Part shown: positions 14,892 through 33,221 of the stretch, one piece after another
Position numbering within the stretch: the stretch's first letter is position 1
How the letters are laid out: every line of letters begins with the position of its first letter
Origin: the human T2T-CHM13v2.0 reference genome, Homo sapiens
Assembly (NCBI RefSeq): GCF_009914755.1
Contig: NC_060925.1
Length of the DNA: 64,000 nt
Strand: one strand, 5' to 3'
Made by a program: the position numbers and the translations under genes
Notes under the pieces: model-generated
What the model was told of the DNA's origin: nothing
The model's database searches: none
The model's input: the letters and a program-made list of their open reading frames with translations, nothing else

Positions 14892-14997
14892 ACTAGTCAT
14901 GTGCAGTAGTGAGAAGCAGGCAAAGAGTAGAACAAGGAGTTTGATCTGTAACTGACTGAACAATCAATTGAAATAACTCATTACCCTCAGACCAGCC
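14892..14997 (-). pseudogene. Y1 RNA (RNY1-derived) retropseudogene
   Basis: Reverse complement GGCTGGTCTGAGGGTAATGAGTTATTTCAATTGATTGTTCAGTCAGTTACAGATCAAACTCCTTGTTCTACTCTTT...CTCACTACTGCACATGACTAGT matches hY1; A-rich tail 14853-14891. Confidence 0.93.
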
Positions 14998-15117
14998 TTT
15001 CTTTGTTCTTTGTTTCTTGGACAAATTCCTAGCCTTTTGGAAATCATACTGGGTAGATGTGGGCCTTCTTATATTGCTTCTCCATATTTATTCACTCTTC
15101 TCATAATTCATGTCTTA

Positions 15118-15121
<4 letters not shown>

Positions 15122-15174
<53 letters not shown>
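15122..15174. repeat. (TC)n microsatellite
   Basis: About 26 perfect TC units. Confidence 0.98.
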
Positions 15175-15176
<2 letters not shown>

Positions 15177-16551
15177 GTTCTGGGAAATTTATTTAACTCT
15201 TTGGTCCAGTCTTTCCATTGAATTTTTTATTTTAACAATGACATTTTTAATTTCCATTAATTCTTTCTTATTCTCAGATAGCAGCCCTTTTTAATTTAAT
15301 GGATGCAGTATCTTATTCGTTTAAGGTTATCTTCTCTTCTTTGAACCATCTGTTTCCTTTGCGTCCTTTGCTCTGCTATCCATAGGGGTCTTTGCCTTTT
15401 GTGCTGATCACTTTCTCTCCCTGTGTATGAAGGATTGGACTGATTGCCTCAGATAGCTGATATGGGTTGCCTCTGCCTTTTAGGGCCTACTCATCAATAA
15501 GAAGGCTGGCCTCATGACCTGGGTATGATTTCAGGGTCCTGGTTCCCCGGCTTCACTTTAGGGCATGTGGGCAGAGGGCTAGGCCCCACTGCCTCCCTAT
15601 TTTACACTGCCAGAAGAGGCTCTGCTGTGAGGAGCCAGTCCCCACTCTGCAAGCCTTGTACCCTCTAGAGTGTAGTTCTTGGTTTTAGCATGAGGGCAGT
15701 GCCCCCACTATAGTCTGGGAGCTGGTTGTGAAAGAAGGTGAGGCCAATCTGGACAACCATCCTGTAAACAAGTCTCCAACCAAGCCCCCAATTTTGTCTC
15801 ATATCCATGGATTCCAGTGTCACAGTCTTGTGAAATATTCTGAACTTTTACAATCTTCTTCTACGCGTCTTCTAAGCTGTGTCTCCCTTTCTCTTATTTT
15901 TCTACCAATAAAACTCTTCTGTCTTCCATTCCAGATGTCAGTAAAAATCTTCCTCCCCCTCATGCACCCACCTCTTATTTTCAATGTCTTTCTGAACATA
16001 TTCCTATTTATCTCTTTTCTAACATTTCAAAAGATTTTAAGAGCAAAAAGGAAGATAGAGATGTATGCCCTACCCAGCATCTTGTATCAGAATCTCCTTT
16101 CTTTTTCCCTTATAAGATACTGAAAATATCACCTTAAATTGTGTTTCATTACTGTTGTTTTCAAGTATTGAAAAGAGACTTTTTGTCTTGAATAAGTTGG
16201 TGGCTATTTTTGTCTTTATTTCTGTCATAGCAGGTGCCAGTCCAATTGTGAATTTAAATATATTATCTCAGTAACTGGGTTCAAATTATGGGATGTGTCC
16301 AGCGCTGAGAATTGAGGGTTAGGCAAGAACCTCTGTCTTCTGAAAAATAAAATGTTCAACATGTGGGGTATTTGTTTCTGAGACACAAGTCTAAGAGTGC
16401 AGAGTTGTGGGGTTTTTCAACTCAAGTGAGTGTCCTTCCTTGGATTTGGTAGTGGTTTCTTAGATATGTCACCAAACACACAACCAACCAAACAAACAAA
16501 CAAAACCTAGATCTTCATTAAAATGGAAAACTTTTGTGCTTTAAAGGACAC

Positions 16552-16880
16552 TGCTTTATCTGAATATTTGTGTCCCTCCAAAATTCATAGGTTAAAATCT
16601 TAATCCCCAAGATAATGGTATTAGGAGATGGGGCCTTTGGAAGGTAATTAGGTCTCAAGGGCAGCATGTCATGAGTGGGATTACTGCCCTTATAAAGAAG
16701 GCCTGAGGATTCCCTGCCTCCTCCACCATGCCAGATTACAGTCAAAACAAAACTATCTATGAGGAAGCCTCGCTAGACAATCTGCCGGCACCTTGATCTT
16801 GGAGTTCCAATCTCCAGAACTGCTTGTGCGTTACCCAGTTTTATAGTATTTTGTTTTAGCAGCCCAAATAGACTGAGACA
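16552..16880 (+). mobile_element. MaLR LTR (MLT1A-like)
   Basis: tgtgtccctccaaaattcat...ggggcctttggaaggtaattagg...agcagcccaaatagactgagaca. Confidence 0.85.
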
Positions 16881-16912
16881 GAGACAGTAAGAAAGTGAAA
16901 AGACAACCCACA

Positions 16913-17214
16913 GGACCATGTGCAGTGGCTCACATCTGTAATCCCAGTGCCGAGGTGGCTGGATCACCTGAGGTCTGGCCAGGTGGATTAGCCTGGCCAG
17001 CATGGTGAAACCCCATCTCTACTAAACATACGAAAATTAGCCAGGTGTGGTGGCACATGCTTGTCATCCCAGCTACTCAGGAGGCTCAGGCATGAGAATT
17101 GTTTGAACCTAGGAGGTGGAGGTTGCAGTGAGCTGAGCTGAGATTGTGCCACTGCATTCCAGCCTCAGCAGCAGAATGAGACTCTGTCAAAAAAAAAAAA
17201 AAAAAAAAAAAAAA
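16913..17214 (+). mobile_element. AluS with internal rearrangement
   Basis: Alu dimer, long A tail, TSD aaaagacaa(c/a)ccac. Confidence 0.92.
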
Positions 17215-17260
17215 GACAAACCACCAAGTGAGACAAAATATTTGCCAATAATATATTTAA

Positions 17261-17792
<532 letters not shown>

Positions 17793-18086
17793 TAAGGCTG
17801 TAGAGAAATTGGAATCCTCATACATTGCTAGTGGGAATAGAAGTGGTACAGCTACTTAAGAAAGTCAAGCAGTTCTTCAAAATGTGAAATAGAGAGTTAC
17901 CATATGATCCAAAAATTTCACTTCTAGGTATATACCCAAGAGAAATCAAAGCATACATCCACACTGAAACTTGCATACAAATGTTCACAGTAGCATTATT
18001 TATAGTAGCCAAAAGCTGGAAACAATGCAAATGTCTATTAATTGATTAATGGATGAATAAAATTTGGCATATCCATTCAATGGAAT

Positions 18087-18392
<306 letters not shown>

Positions 18393-18759
18393 TATTCAAT
18401 GGAATATTAATGGCAATAAAAAAGAATGAAGTACGGACATATTCTACTATTGGGGCGGACCTTGAAAACATGCTAGCTGAAAGAAGCCAGTCACAAAAGA
18501 CCAATATTGTTTCATTCCATTTATATGAAACGTCCAGAACAAGCAAATCTATAGACAGAAAGTACGTTAGTGGTTGCCTAGGGCTGGGCAGGATGTTAGG
18601 TTTAGGGGTGATAGCTAAAGGGTACAGAGTTTCTATTTGGTGATAAAAATGTTCTAAGATTGATTTTGATGATGTTTGCACATCTCTTGAATATACTAAA
18701 AATCATCGAACTGCACAATTAAGAAAATAAGATTGAATCAGGAGGCCATTTTGAGTAGG

Positions 18760-18900
18760 GTTTAAGAATACAGACTTTGGAATCAGGCTGACCTGAGTTC
18801 AATTCCTGGCTTTACTACTTACTGGTTGTATGACTTTACTGAGGTACTAATTCTCACTGCTCCTCAATTCCCACATCTGGAAAGCAAAAATAATGATATC
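18760..18900 (+). mobile_element. MIR
   Basis: gactttggaatcagg...ctgagttcaattcctggc...cctcaattcccacatctggaaa. Confidence 0.75.
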
Positions 18901-19939
18901 AGAATTGGAGTGCACGTGTATGGGCACACACCCCACACACACGCTTCTCAAAATGGCCAGAAAGTGTTTTGTGAAAGCAGAATGGTGGAGGCCAGTCAAG
19001 TCTTCCTCACTCCTTCTCTGCAACAACATACCCCTCTCCAACACTCGCCTTGGTGCGGAAGCAGCTATGTCCTGCTTTATCCTGAGGTGCTTGACTCAGG
19101 GGAGAGAAGACAGATCTAATTCAGTGAGAAACCAACTAATTGTCACCTTCTCTTGGTCCTTTCTTTTCCTCTGACTTTTATCAATCCCAGTCCCATATGC
19201 ATAAAGTCCCTTCCTCAAATTTGAAAAATGGATAGGGGTGAAAGACAGCAAAAAATTAACTTTAAAAATATCTCACTATTTTGATGTTATACCCCAGGTC
19301 CCAGGGACAGAGTAGACAAGGACTGGACATTTATCAATTACAAACTCCAAGGCTAGGATAAGTTACTTCAATGGTTGTGGAAATTACAAGTGGTACTTAG
19401 ATGCTAGCTGACTTTGGCAAAGACCAAGCAGATTAATCATTATGGTGTAGTACAAAGTCTAGATGAAACCAAGTCAGCCCAGTAATTCTAGCTGGAGAGG
19501 GCATGTAAACACTTCAAAAACAATCAGGCAAAAAAACATAGGCTGTGGGGAATAGCCATTTCCAAAGCCACAGAAAACTTACGGATGAGTTTTCTAAGAG
19601 AATGTTTTATCTCAAGCCAAATAGACGTACCATTAAAGCACCAAGCCTATAGCCTGCTGGACTTACCAATCCATACTTCTCAATAAAGGACCACTCACCC
19701 AAAAGGAAAAACATTTCCAACTCCTTTCTTTACCTACCTTACTCTGATCTAAAATTGACTCTACTGAGAAGGCAAGGAAGATGTGACTAATAGTTTGGCA
19801 GGAAGCAAATCCACCCTACAGTGGCAATCTAGGATTGGTACTAGCCATCAGGATGGTTGGTTCTTAGCAAGATGGTGGTGACATAGAGTTATAAAATTTC
19901 TAGGTTAAAGCGAAGATAAGAATAATGAACATAGTGATG

Positions 19940-20120
19940 ATAATACAATAATCATAGCAAACATTTATTAAGAACTTACTATGCCCAGGAAGTATTCTAA
20001 ATACTTCATGTTTTAACCCATCAAATTCCAACCATAACCCTACAACTAATATTCTCATTATTTAGAAGACAAAACTTAAGATAGAAACCAGCCTCTTATT
20101 TGGTAGCACCTAGAATTGAG
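19940..20120 (-). mobile_element. MIR
   Basis: atagcaaacatttattaagaacttactatgcccagg. Confidence 0.6.
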
Positions 20121-20236
20121 GCCAAGGGAAGTAAAGAGATCTTGCATATAATTATTGAAGTTTGTTTTATTTGCCTTCAGACTTCCTTCTTCATGAATTC
20201 ATCTTTTCTCTTTACCGTATTTCAGGTTCTCAATCC

Positions 20237-20378
20237 TTTTTATTTATTCATTTATTTTAAATAGAGACAGGGTCTCACTATGTTGCCCAGGCTGGTCTCA
20301 AAGTCCTGGGCTCAAGCTATTCTCTTGTCTCAGCCTCTCAAAGTGCTGGTATCACAGATGTGAGCCACCGTGCCTGGA
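20237..20378 (-). mobile_element. Alu monomer (FLAM-like)
   Basis: Single left-arm monomer, antisense. Confidence 0.85.
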
Positions 20379-20405
20379 CAATTCTCTTTATTTATAAAGA
20401 AACCT

Positions 20406-20709
<304 letters not shown>

Positions 20710-20945
20710 TTATGTCAGCCATTTATCCTTTACTCATCAAGGTCACTAACATCTAAGTGATATTGGTGCAAAACCCAATGTTTAATGTCTTCCTCTTGCT
20801 TGTCCCATAGGCAGTGTTTTTTTCTTTTTGTTTGTTTTTTAGAATTTCAAATTTTATTATAGACTAAAGGGTACACATACAGTTTTGTTACACTGAGTAA
20901 TGCTGAGGCAACTGGGTAAATTGAGTGATGCTGAGACTTGGGGTC

Positions 20946-22380
<1,435 letters not shown>

Positions 22381-23099
22381 AAAGTTAAATCAGAGTGTAA
22401 CCTATCACAGGACTACTTGTTATTAGGATTTACCTTAATAATAAAATAATAAAATCTGCAATTTACTTTATTGCAGAAATAAAGACATTTCTTCTGTCAA
22501 AGAACTTCAGGACCTAAATATGGTGAGGGTGAATGTATCTGTGGAATTATTCTTCATGGGGTCCCTAACCCTACCTTCATATTGATTTATCCTGAAAACT
22601 GTTTCTTTAAAGATTCACTTATAAATTAAAATCAATGATAGAAGGATGACCATATTTCTTTGGTTTGGTCAGGGCTTTTTCAGGCGTTAAAATGTGTTGA
22701 TAATTGCGGCTGTGTAACTATCTGTTGACTTGACTAGAGTCCTTGTGACATCTGTATGTTTTGGGAAATCTTTTTTTTTTTTTTTTTCACATCCCTTGAG
22801 GAAAAACATGAAGACCTGAGAGTACAGTGGCCACAGCTATTCTCTGGGAACCAACTTAAGGGCTGTCTTCCTTTTAAAAAGCACACCACATATACCCACT
22901 CCTATTATGAATATGATAGCCATGAGTGTGACTGCCATGGAGACCCAGCTGCACCACAGACCTCATGTCAGATGAACAGACAGTTAAATGAATGAATTTG
23001 CTGAAGAGACTGAATGTTTGGTTTGCTTACAGACTGTTTTTTTAACCTTTGCCCATTCAGCAACTGTTAGTAACTGTTTTGTCTCCTTACCCCACAGTA

Positions 23100-23744
<645 letters not shown>

Positions 23745-23899
23745 ACTGAATTGTGTAGGGTCAAGCTTCCACTATTGAGCATCTGACTTGTATTACACTT
23801 CTCCTTTTTGATATTCATGTGAGTGGGCTTGATTTGGGTAAAAGGAAAGGCAGATTTCCATGAGTTCCAGTTTCCAAGGAGAAGGGGACTCTGTTGACA

Positions 23900-24380
23900 C
23901 TGCACTCTGTGACACATCACCTCCACTACCCCAGAGGTCACCTACCAATGGCTCCCACACACCCTGATTGGCTCCTATGGCTCTGCCTGAGGACACTGTC
24001 TGGACATAGGCCTAAATTTGGCCACGCTCCCATATGCTCTTAGGAGTGGGGCAGGCCCAATGCGCCAGCGAGCCCATGCTGCAGGAGGAGCCCTCAACCA
24101 ACAGAGATGGGAGTTGCTGAACAAGTAACTCAGCTTTTTGTCCTCTCAGGGGGACAGTTCTGGGGTGTTTTTCATCCATTTTCTAAGAATGTACCCAGAA
24201 ATATTAACCCTGTCACCCATGATGGCAACCTATTCATTAACTCCCAATGTATTGGCTTTACTCTCTTTCATGTCTTATTTTCCCACTCCCTCAATGTCCT
24301 TCTTGGACTCGCCTCCCAAAGAAACTACTTGTACTGAAAATCTTTTCTCAGATTTTGATTACAGGGAACCCAAACTGAGG
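23900..24380 (+). mobile_element. ERVL solo LTR (LTR16-like)
   Basis: gccctcaaccaa...gggagttg...cctcccaaagaaactacttgtactgaaaatc...gggaacccaaactgag. Confidence 0.75.
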
Positions 24381-24744
24381 TGGGGCATATGTTCCTACTT
24401 GAAGTGGCCTGGTCCTACTCTTGCTCTTGGAGAGGACAAGCACTTAGAGCTACAGAATATCTGAAGTAGCAGCTGTTGCTGCCACTGAGCTGCGTGAAGT
24501 GATATGGCAGGGTGGAAACTGACCATGTATTTTATCAGTTGCATATTAAATAAAATTACTTGTTGGTTAATGAGTACCAAAGACATGATACTCATTTCTT
24601 CACATACTTTATTGATTTAAATAGATATGTAAGTTATCAATATGAATAACAGAGCAATGCATGTTATCATTGGATGATGATAAGATTTGTTGTCTGTTAT
24701 ACAGCACTTTTAAGAGATAATGGTCATTTGTGAATTTAATTTAT

Positions 24745-25525
24745 GCTCAATATCATTAGCCATCAGGGAAATGCAAATCCAAACTACAATGAGATATCAC
24801 TTCACATCCACTAGAATGACTGGAATGAAAAGGCGCAGACAATAACAATGTTGGTGATAATGTGGAGAAATTGGAACCTTCATACACCACTGGTGGGAAT
24901 GTAAAATGGATCAGCCTCTTTGAAAAACAGTTTGGCACTTCCTCAAAATGTTAAACATGGAGTTAGTGTATGACCCGGAAATTCTATTCCTAGGTTGACA
25001 CCCAAAAGAAATGAGAACATGTGTCCACATAAAAATTTCTACATGAATATTCATAACAACATTATTCATAATGAATGGCTTAAAGTAGAAACAACCCAAA
25101 TATTTATCAACCAGTGAATGGATAAGTAAAATGGGGCAAATCCATATGATGGAATATTATCTGGCAATGAAAAGAATGAAACACTGATATAGGCAATAAC
25201 ATTGATAAACCTTGAAAAACCCTTGTGCTGAAGTATCCAGACACAAAGGCTATATATTATTCTATATTTATGAAATGTCCAGTATAGAAAAATCCGTAAA
25301 GACAGAAAGTAGATTAGTGGCTGCCAGGGCTGTGGGTGGGGAAAATAAGGTGTGAAGCTAAAGGATATGTGGCTTCTTTTTGAGATGAGAAAATGTTTTA
25401 AAATTGGTTTTGGTGATGGTTGCACAACTGCGAATATACTAAAAACCATTGAATTTACACTTTAAATGAGTTAGTTGTATAATGTGTGAATTATATATCA
25501 ATAAGGCTGTTAGTTTTTAAAAAGT
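24745..25525 (+). mobile_element. L1MB/MC 3' end
   Basis: cattagccatcagggaaatgcaaatc...gtgatggttgcacaactg...tcaataaggctgtt. Confidence 0.85.
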
Positions 25526-27330
<1,805 letters not shown>

Positions 27331-27637
27331 AAACTTGAGATGTGCTTTGAGTCTGAATTTTGCTGATTGCCTATCCGTGTTGCAGTTCAACATGAACATG
27401 TATGTCTTGCAAATTGGAAGCTGGATCCAAGAGCTTGATCACACTCAGATTTGATGTCTTTGGACTCAAATGGTGGCATTTTTTTTTTCACCGATGGGCA
27501 CGTAATGTCTAGTTATTGCTCTTGGATGATGTTAACAAAATGATGATTTTCCAATCTGTCACTATGCTGGTTGGAATAATTTCATAAAGAGATACTCCTT
27601 CTCATCTACTATTTGATTTTCCAGTGGTACAGTTCTT

Positions 27638-28008
27638 TTTTTTATATATATACTTTAAGTTCTAGGGTACACATGCACAACGTGCAGGTTTGTTCCATAT
27701 GTATACATGCGCCATGTTGGTGTGCTGCACCCATTAACTCATCATTTACATTAGGTGTATCTCCTAATGCTATCCCTCCCCCATCCCCCCACCCCATGAC
27801 AGGCTCCGGTGTGTGATGTTCCCCTTCCTGTGTCCAAGTGTTCTCATTGTTCAATTCCCACCTATGAGTGAGAACATGCGGTGTTTGGTTTTCTGTCCTT
27901 GCGATAGTTTGCTGAGAATGATGGTTTCCAGCTTCATCCATGTCCCTACACAGGACATGAACTCACCCTTTTTTATGGCTGCATAGTATTCCATGGTGTA
28001 TATGTGCC
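27638..28008 (-). mobile_element. 5'-truncated primate L1PA (PA4-6-like) 3' end
   Basis: tatactttaagttctagggtacacatgcacaacgtgcagg; perfect 18-bp TSD tccagtggtacagttctt at 27620-27637 and 28009-28026. Confidence 0.95.
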
Positions 28009-28116
28009 TCCAGTGGTACAGTTCTTAAAGGAAAGCAAGGATAAGCATTTGATGATTCTTTCTTTTTATTTAATCTGTTTCCATAGTAACGCTTTAGTTG
28101 TTTATCATACAATTAG

Positions 28117-28432
28117 TTGTTGTTGTTGTTGTTGTTTTTTTTTTAGAAACATAAGTTATCTGTTGCCCAGGCTGGAGTGCAGTGGCACAATCATAGCTCA
28201 CTGCATGTCCAACTCCTAGGCCCAAGGGATCCTCTGGCCTCAGCCTCCCAAGCAGTTGGGACTACATGTTGCACACCACCACACCTGGCTGACTTTTAAA
28301 AAAATTTTGTAGAGATGGTTGGGGGTCTCAATTTGCTGCCCAGGCTGGTCTCAAATTCCTGGCTTCAAGTGATCCTCTGGCTTCAACCCCCCAAAGCACT
28401 GGGATTACAGGTGTGAGCCATCACACCTGGCC
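28117..28432 (-). mobile_element. AluJ with (TTG)n tail
   Basis: Antisense AluJ; TSD aattagtt. Confidence 0.9.
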
Positions 28433-28552
28433 CTAATTAGTTTTTTTAAATGTCTGTAGAAATGCATGGACTCAAAGATATTTAATGGGTTCCAATTTAT
28501 TGCAATTCTTATCTTTGTTGAAAGTCAAATTGTTCTATCTTCGGCAATAAGA

Positions 28553-28626
28553 AATGGGAATAGAATAGAGTAGAGTAGAGTGGAATGGGCGGAACGGAAC
28601 GGAACAGAACAGAACAGAACAGAATA
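28553..28626. repeat. Compound pentanucleotide microsatellite (AGAAT/AGAGT/GGAAC/AGAAC)n
   Basis: Directly visible. Confidence 0.9.
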
Positions 28627-30445
28627 GGTGAACCTCATTGAGTTAGCTTCTGAGCCTTTACACAGGACTCTAGTGGTTTTCTTAATAGTTTCCTTGGTAT
28701 GTAGTATATCAAGATGTTTCAGATTCATCTTCTTCATTTGCTGCCTCATATCTAGAATCAACATATTCAAGAAATGTTGATTTCTTTGAATATGCAATGG
28801 CATTTGAAGACCACAATCTTAGTACAGATATGCTTAGTGCTACTTACAAAAGATATATCCAGAATATATATTTTAAAACTCTCAATTCAGTCAATAGCAA
28901 AGAAGAATTAAAAATGGGGTAATATTTGGACAGACATTTTAATGAATAGGTCATGGCTTCTGGCCTTTTCAGTGGACGGATGGATAGATATAGTTGGGTA
29001 GAATATGTTGTGAGTATGTGCTATTTATTCTGGTGTTTTCATTAAATTCAGAAATATCGGATTTTTATTTAACCTCTTCTATACTACATCTCCATTTTCT
29101 TTCTTTCACACTGACAATCCCAGTTCTGAAGGATACAGGGGAAAATACAGTTAGAATGCTGTATAATTATTCATTTACATTCTCTCATATGATACACATA
29201 ACAATCAGAGAAAAGCAATATTAATACAACCACCACCAATTATAATGACTAAAAAACAGTTTAAAACATTATTGAATCTGTCATTCCTATTTTTTCTACT
29301 TTTTGTGCATACAAATGTAATCTTTTCATATACTCTCAGGGCTTATACCTATCTTGAAGCCAGTATATGGGTCTTAATATAAAAATAACTATTCTTCAAT
29401 TTAGTTATCTTACAATCTCTCCTCATTGAAACTCAGGTATGGCTAGGATACACTTTCCTAGTGTAGTCACATAAGGAAAAGCCTTTTTCATGCATCACTG
29501 GTTAAATAGACCATCTTTGGCCAAGTGTTTGCAGTGCTACCTCTGTCATATATTAACTTTCCATATATGTAAACATCTGTTTCTGAGCTCTATTTGTCTA
29601 TCTGTGTGCCAACACCACATAGTCTCAATAAGTATTACATCTGGTGGAGCAAGTGTCCCTGCCTGGTAGAAACAAACACAAATTCTTTCTGAAGGGGAAA
29701 ACTTTACAACCAAGTCTCAGAGAAATACCATAGTTAAAGTTCCATGCCTTACACATGCTTACTGCACACATAGGAAACACACAACCATGAATGAGACTCA
29801 GCAAAAATAGAAAACCTCAGAATCAGACGTGCAAAGACTCACATTATTCAAATTATTAGATACCAAATATAGAACATAAAATAAATATGTATAAGTTCAT
29901 TAAAATACCATGTATTAAATAAATTTGAAAATGAGCTCTGGAAAGAATCTCCAGAAGTGAAAATTATAATTGAAAGCAGAATCTGGATGGATGGATTTAA
30001 TACTATATTAAACTCAGTTAAAGAAACAATTAGTGAGTTTGAAGACAAAGCTGAAGAACTCACACATAATGTGGACAAAGACAGAGAATAGGGACCTTTG
30101 AAAAAAAGATTAAGAAATGTGAAAGACAGAATGAGTAGATCCAACACACATATAATCTTTGTTCCAAGAAGAAATAATAAGGATGAGGGAGATGCAATAT
30201 TGAAAGACCTAATGACTGAGTGTTTTCCAGAAGGGGTTAAGAACACCAAATCACAAATTAACCCTTACCCATTTGCCCCAAGAATACTTGCTGGCAGCAC
30301 TTGCAGTTGCAGCGTTTACCCAGAGATAACTTTGCCACAAAATATTTTGTCTTTATTATTATTATTGCATCGCCCTAGTATATCAACTTTGGAAACCAAA
30401 GACATCATTCCATTTATAGCATTCTGTTTTTAGTAGTGGTATTTC

Positions 30446-31403
<958 letters not shown>

Positions 31404-32224
31404 AAATAACTCCAAGACCCATTTTTATATTTTATTTCCACATTGAAAATCAGTCAGATTTTCTTCAGCCTCAAAGAATGTGTTTATGTAAAATTAAATG
31501 AGCTCTGGCAGTGAACTGCATTTTTTTTTTTCTAAATGGGAAAAGGTTTAAGGAAGTTTCCCAAAGTGTTTCACCATAGGTGAAAAGAAACACACAACTG
31601 AGTGCCAAATTCAGAACAATGAAAACACAGAGAAGAAAATAGAAGCAGCCCAACAGAAACAAAATATAAAAGAACCCAAAAATCATCTGTAATGACTGAC
31701 AGCTGACTTTTCAGCAGCCAGATTAAAACCAGAAGCTCAGAAAATAAACTTCCAAAGTACTGAAAGTAACTTTCAACCTAGAACCCTATATTCAGCAATA
31801 TAATCTTTCAAAAACATAGGCAAAATAAAGACATCTTCAGACACAAATCCAAGAGGATTTACTATTAGTTGTACATTCACAAAAGGAACTTCTAATGAGG
31901 GTACTTGATGTCAGAAGGAAGGTTTGCAATACATGAAAAGAGAATACATGTGTTGACTGTTTCAATGGTAAAATTAATGCCTAATTTGTGAGGCTAAATA
32001 TCAAGAAAGGGTAACATATAACTTTGGGTAGGTAGTTATTGGCATTACAGCACTTTAAGATTCTTATATGATTTAGAGGAGAGTAAAGCCGTTAATATTA
32101 AAATGCTAATTATGCATGTTAAAATTTCTAGGATAATCACGAAAAGAATAGAAATAGCTATAAATATTAGTTCTTATCATTATTATGATTATTATCATAT
32201 TCCAGGGATCTTATAGAAAGAAGA

Positions 32225-32274
32225 ACACACACACATACACACACACACAGACACACACACACGCACACACGCAC
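32225..32274. repeat. Imperfect (CA)n microsatellite
   Basis: Directly visible. Confidence 0.95.
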
Positions 32275-32289
32275 GAAGGATTCTGTATT

Positions 32290-32495
32290 CAAAACAGTTT
32301 GAATTAAACATTTCCTGCTTGATTTCTTTATATTTTTCTCAGCTAATGTGTATTATAAATCCCTAAGTGGAGACTGTAGAGGCTTTGCAGCATTTCCTAT
32401 GTTTATGTGACATCAAAACCCTTATCTTATGGAATCGGATAAGATATGGAATTACCTATTAACATCTTGAGGTACTTGACAGTTTGGGGAACACC
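32290..32495. mobile_element. Old hAT-Charlie MITE fragment
   Basis: ctaatgtgtattataaatc...cagcatttcc...cagtttggggaacac. Confidence 0.4.
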
Positions 32496-33142
32496 TTTTA
32501 AGTTAAATCTGAATTCACGAGAGTTTGTCTGTTTAAGGAAATAATAGAACCATGTGGGCTTGAAGAGAACAATAGAGTCAATGTTAGAAAGACCTCAGGT
32601 TTGGGAAAATAAGACATTAAGAAAGAGTTGAAAATACTATTGATCAATGATACCAGAAAGAGTGGGACATATTGCAATCTGTTAAATGGAAAGAAAAAAA
32701 TAAAATCACCACCTAGCAAATAGATTGGAAAGCTTCTGCTACAAGGCTGTTGGGACATCTGGGAACACTGCCAAACAATTCTGGGGAACAGACTTGGCAC
32801 TAATTGTGGCCTTGTGTTCTTTATGAAAGAAAAAAGATTATTTTATAAGCCATAACACACTACCTAGATGCCAAATTGCCAGTTAAAATTCTATTTGCAA
32901 GCAGGTGTAGGCTTTCAAAAAAGCTGTCACCCAACATCATAGGATGCTGCCTTTTCATAATCAAATATGATGCAAACTATCTTTTCATCTACATGTTCAG
33001 TGTTTCAAAATGTTCCCAAAATGGCAGGTTCACTGTGTCTTTAATTATAATGAAATCCTATGCATTTGCTTTAAATGTAGCTGTTTGGTTGAATACAGAG
33101 ATCATATAAAGGAGTTTTTGCTCTTATCCATCCAATTAATTA

Positions 33143-33221
33143 TTAGATTGGTGCAAAAGTAATTGTGGTTCTTGCAATTACTTTTAATGGCAAAACTGCA
33201 ATTACTTTTGCACCAACCTAA
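33143..33221. mobile_element. MADE1 (Hsmar1 MITE; miR-548-type hairpin)
   Basis: 79-bp palindrome ttagattggtgcaaaagtaattg...caattacttttgcaccaacctaa flanked by TA on both sides. Confidence 0.95.

Larger units (their letters stand above)
14480..15400 (-). mobile_element. Ancient L1 ORF1 / HAL1-like relic
   Basis: ORF 14623-14817 contains RPTLKYILVKF...KLRLASD, resembling the L1 ORF1p RRM/CTD motif (RPTPRHIIVKF...IRLTADFS). Confidence 0.65.
27340..29330 (-). mobile_element. L1MC/MD-like 3' UTR, hosting L1PA, Alu and a microsatellite
   Basis: gtcaaattgttc...ttagcttctgagcc...catttgaagaccacaatct antisense L1MC-type 3' UTR. Confidence 0.6.

Noticed and set aside
16975-17000. ctggccagg...cctggccag hairpin replacing the Alu B-box region
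   Set aside because: The core ctggccag is self-palindromic and short, so it cannot be distinguished from simple slippage; negligible significance.
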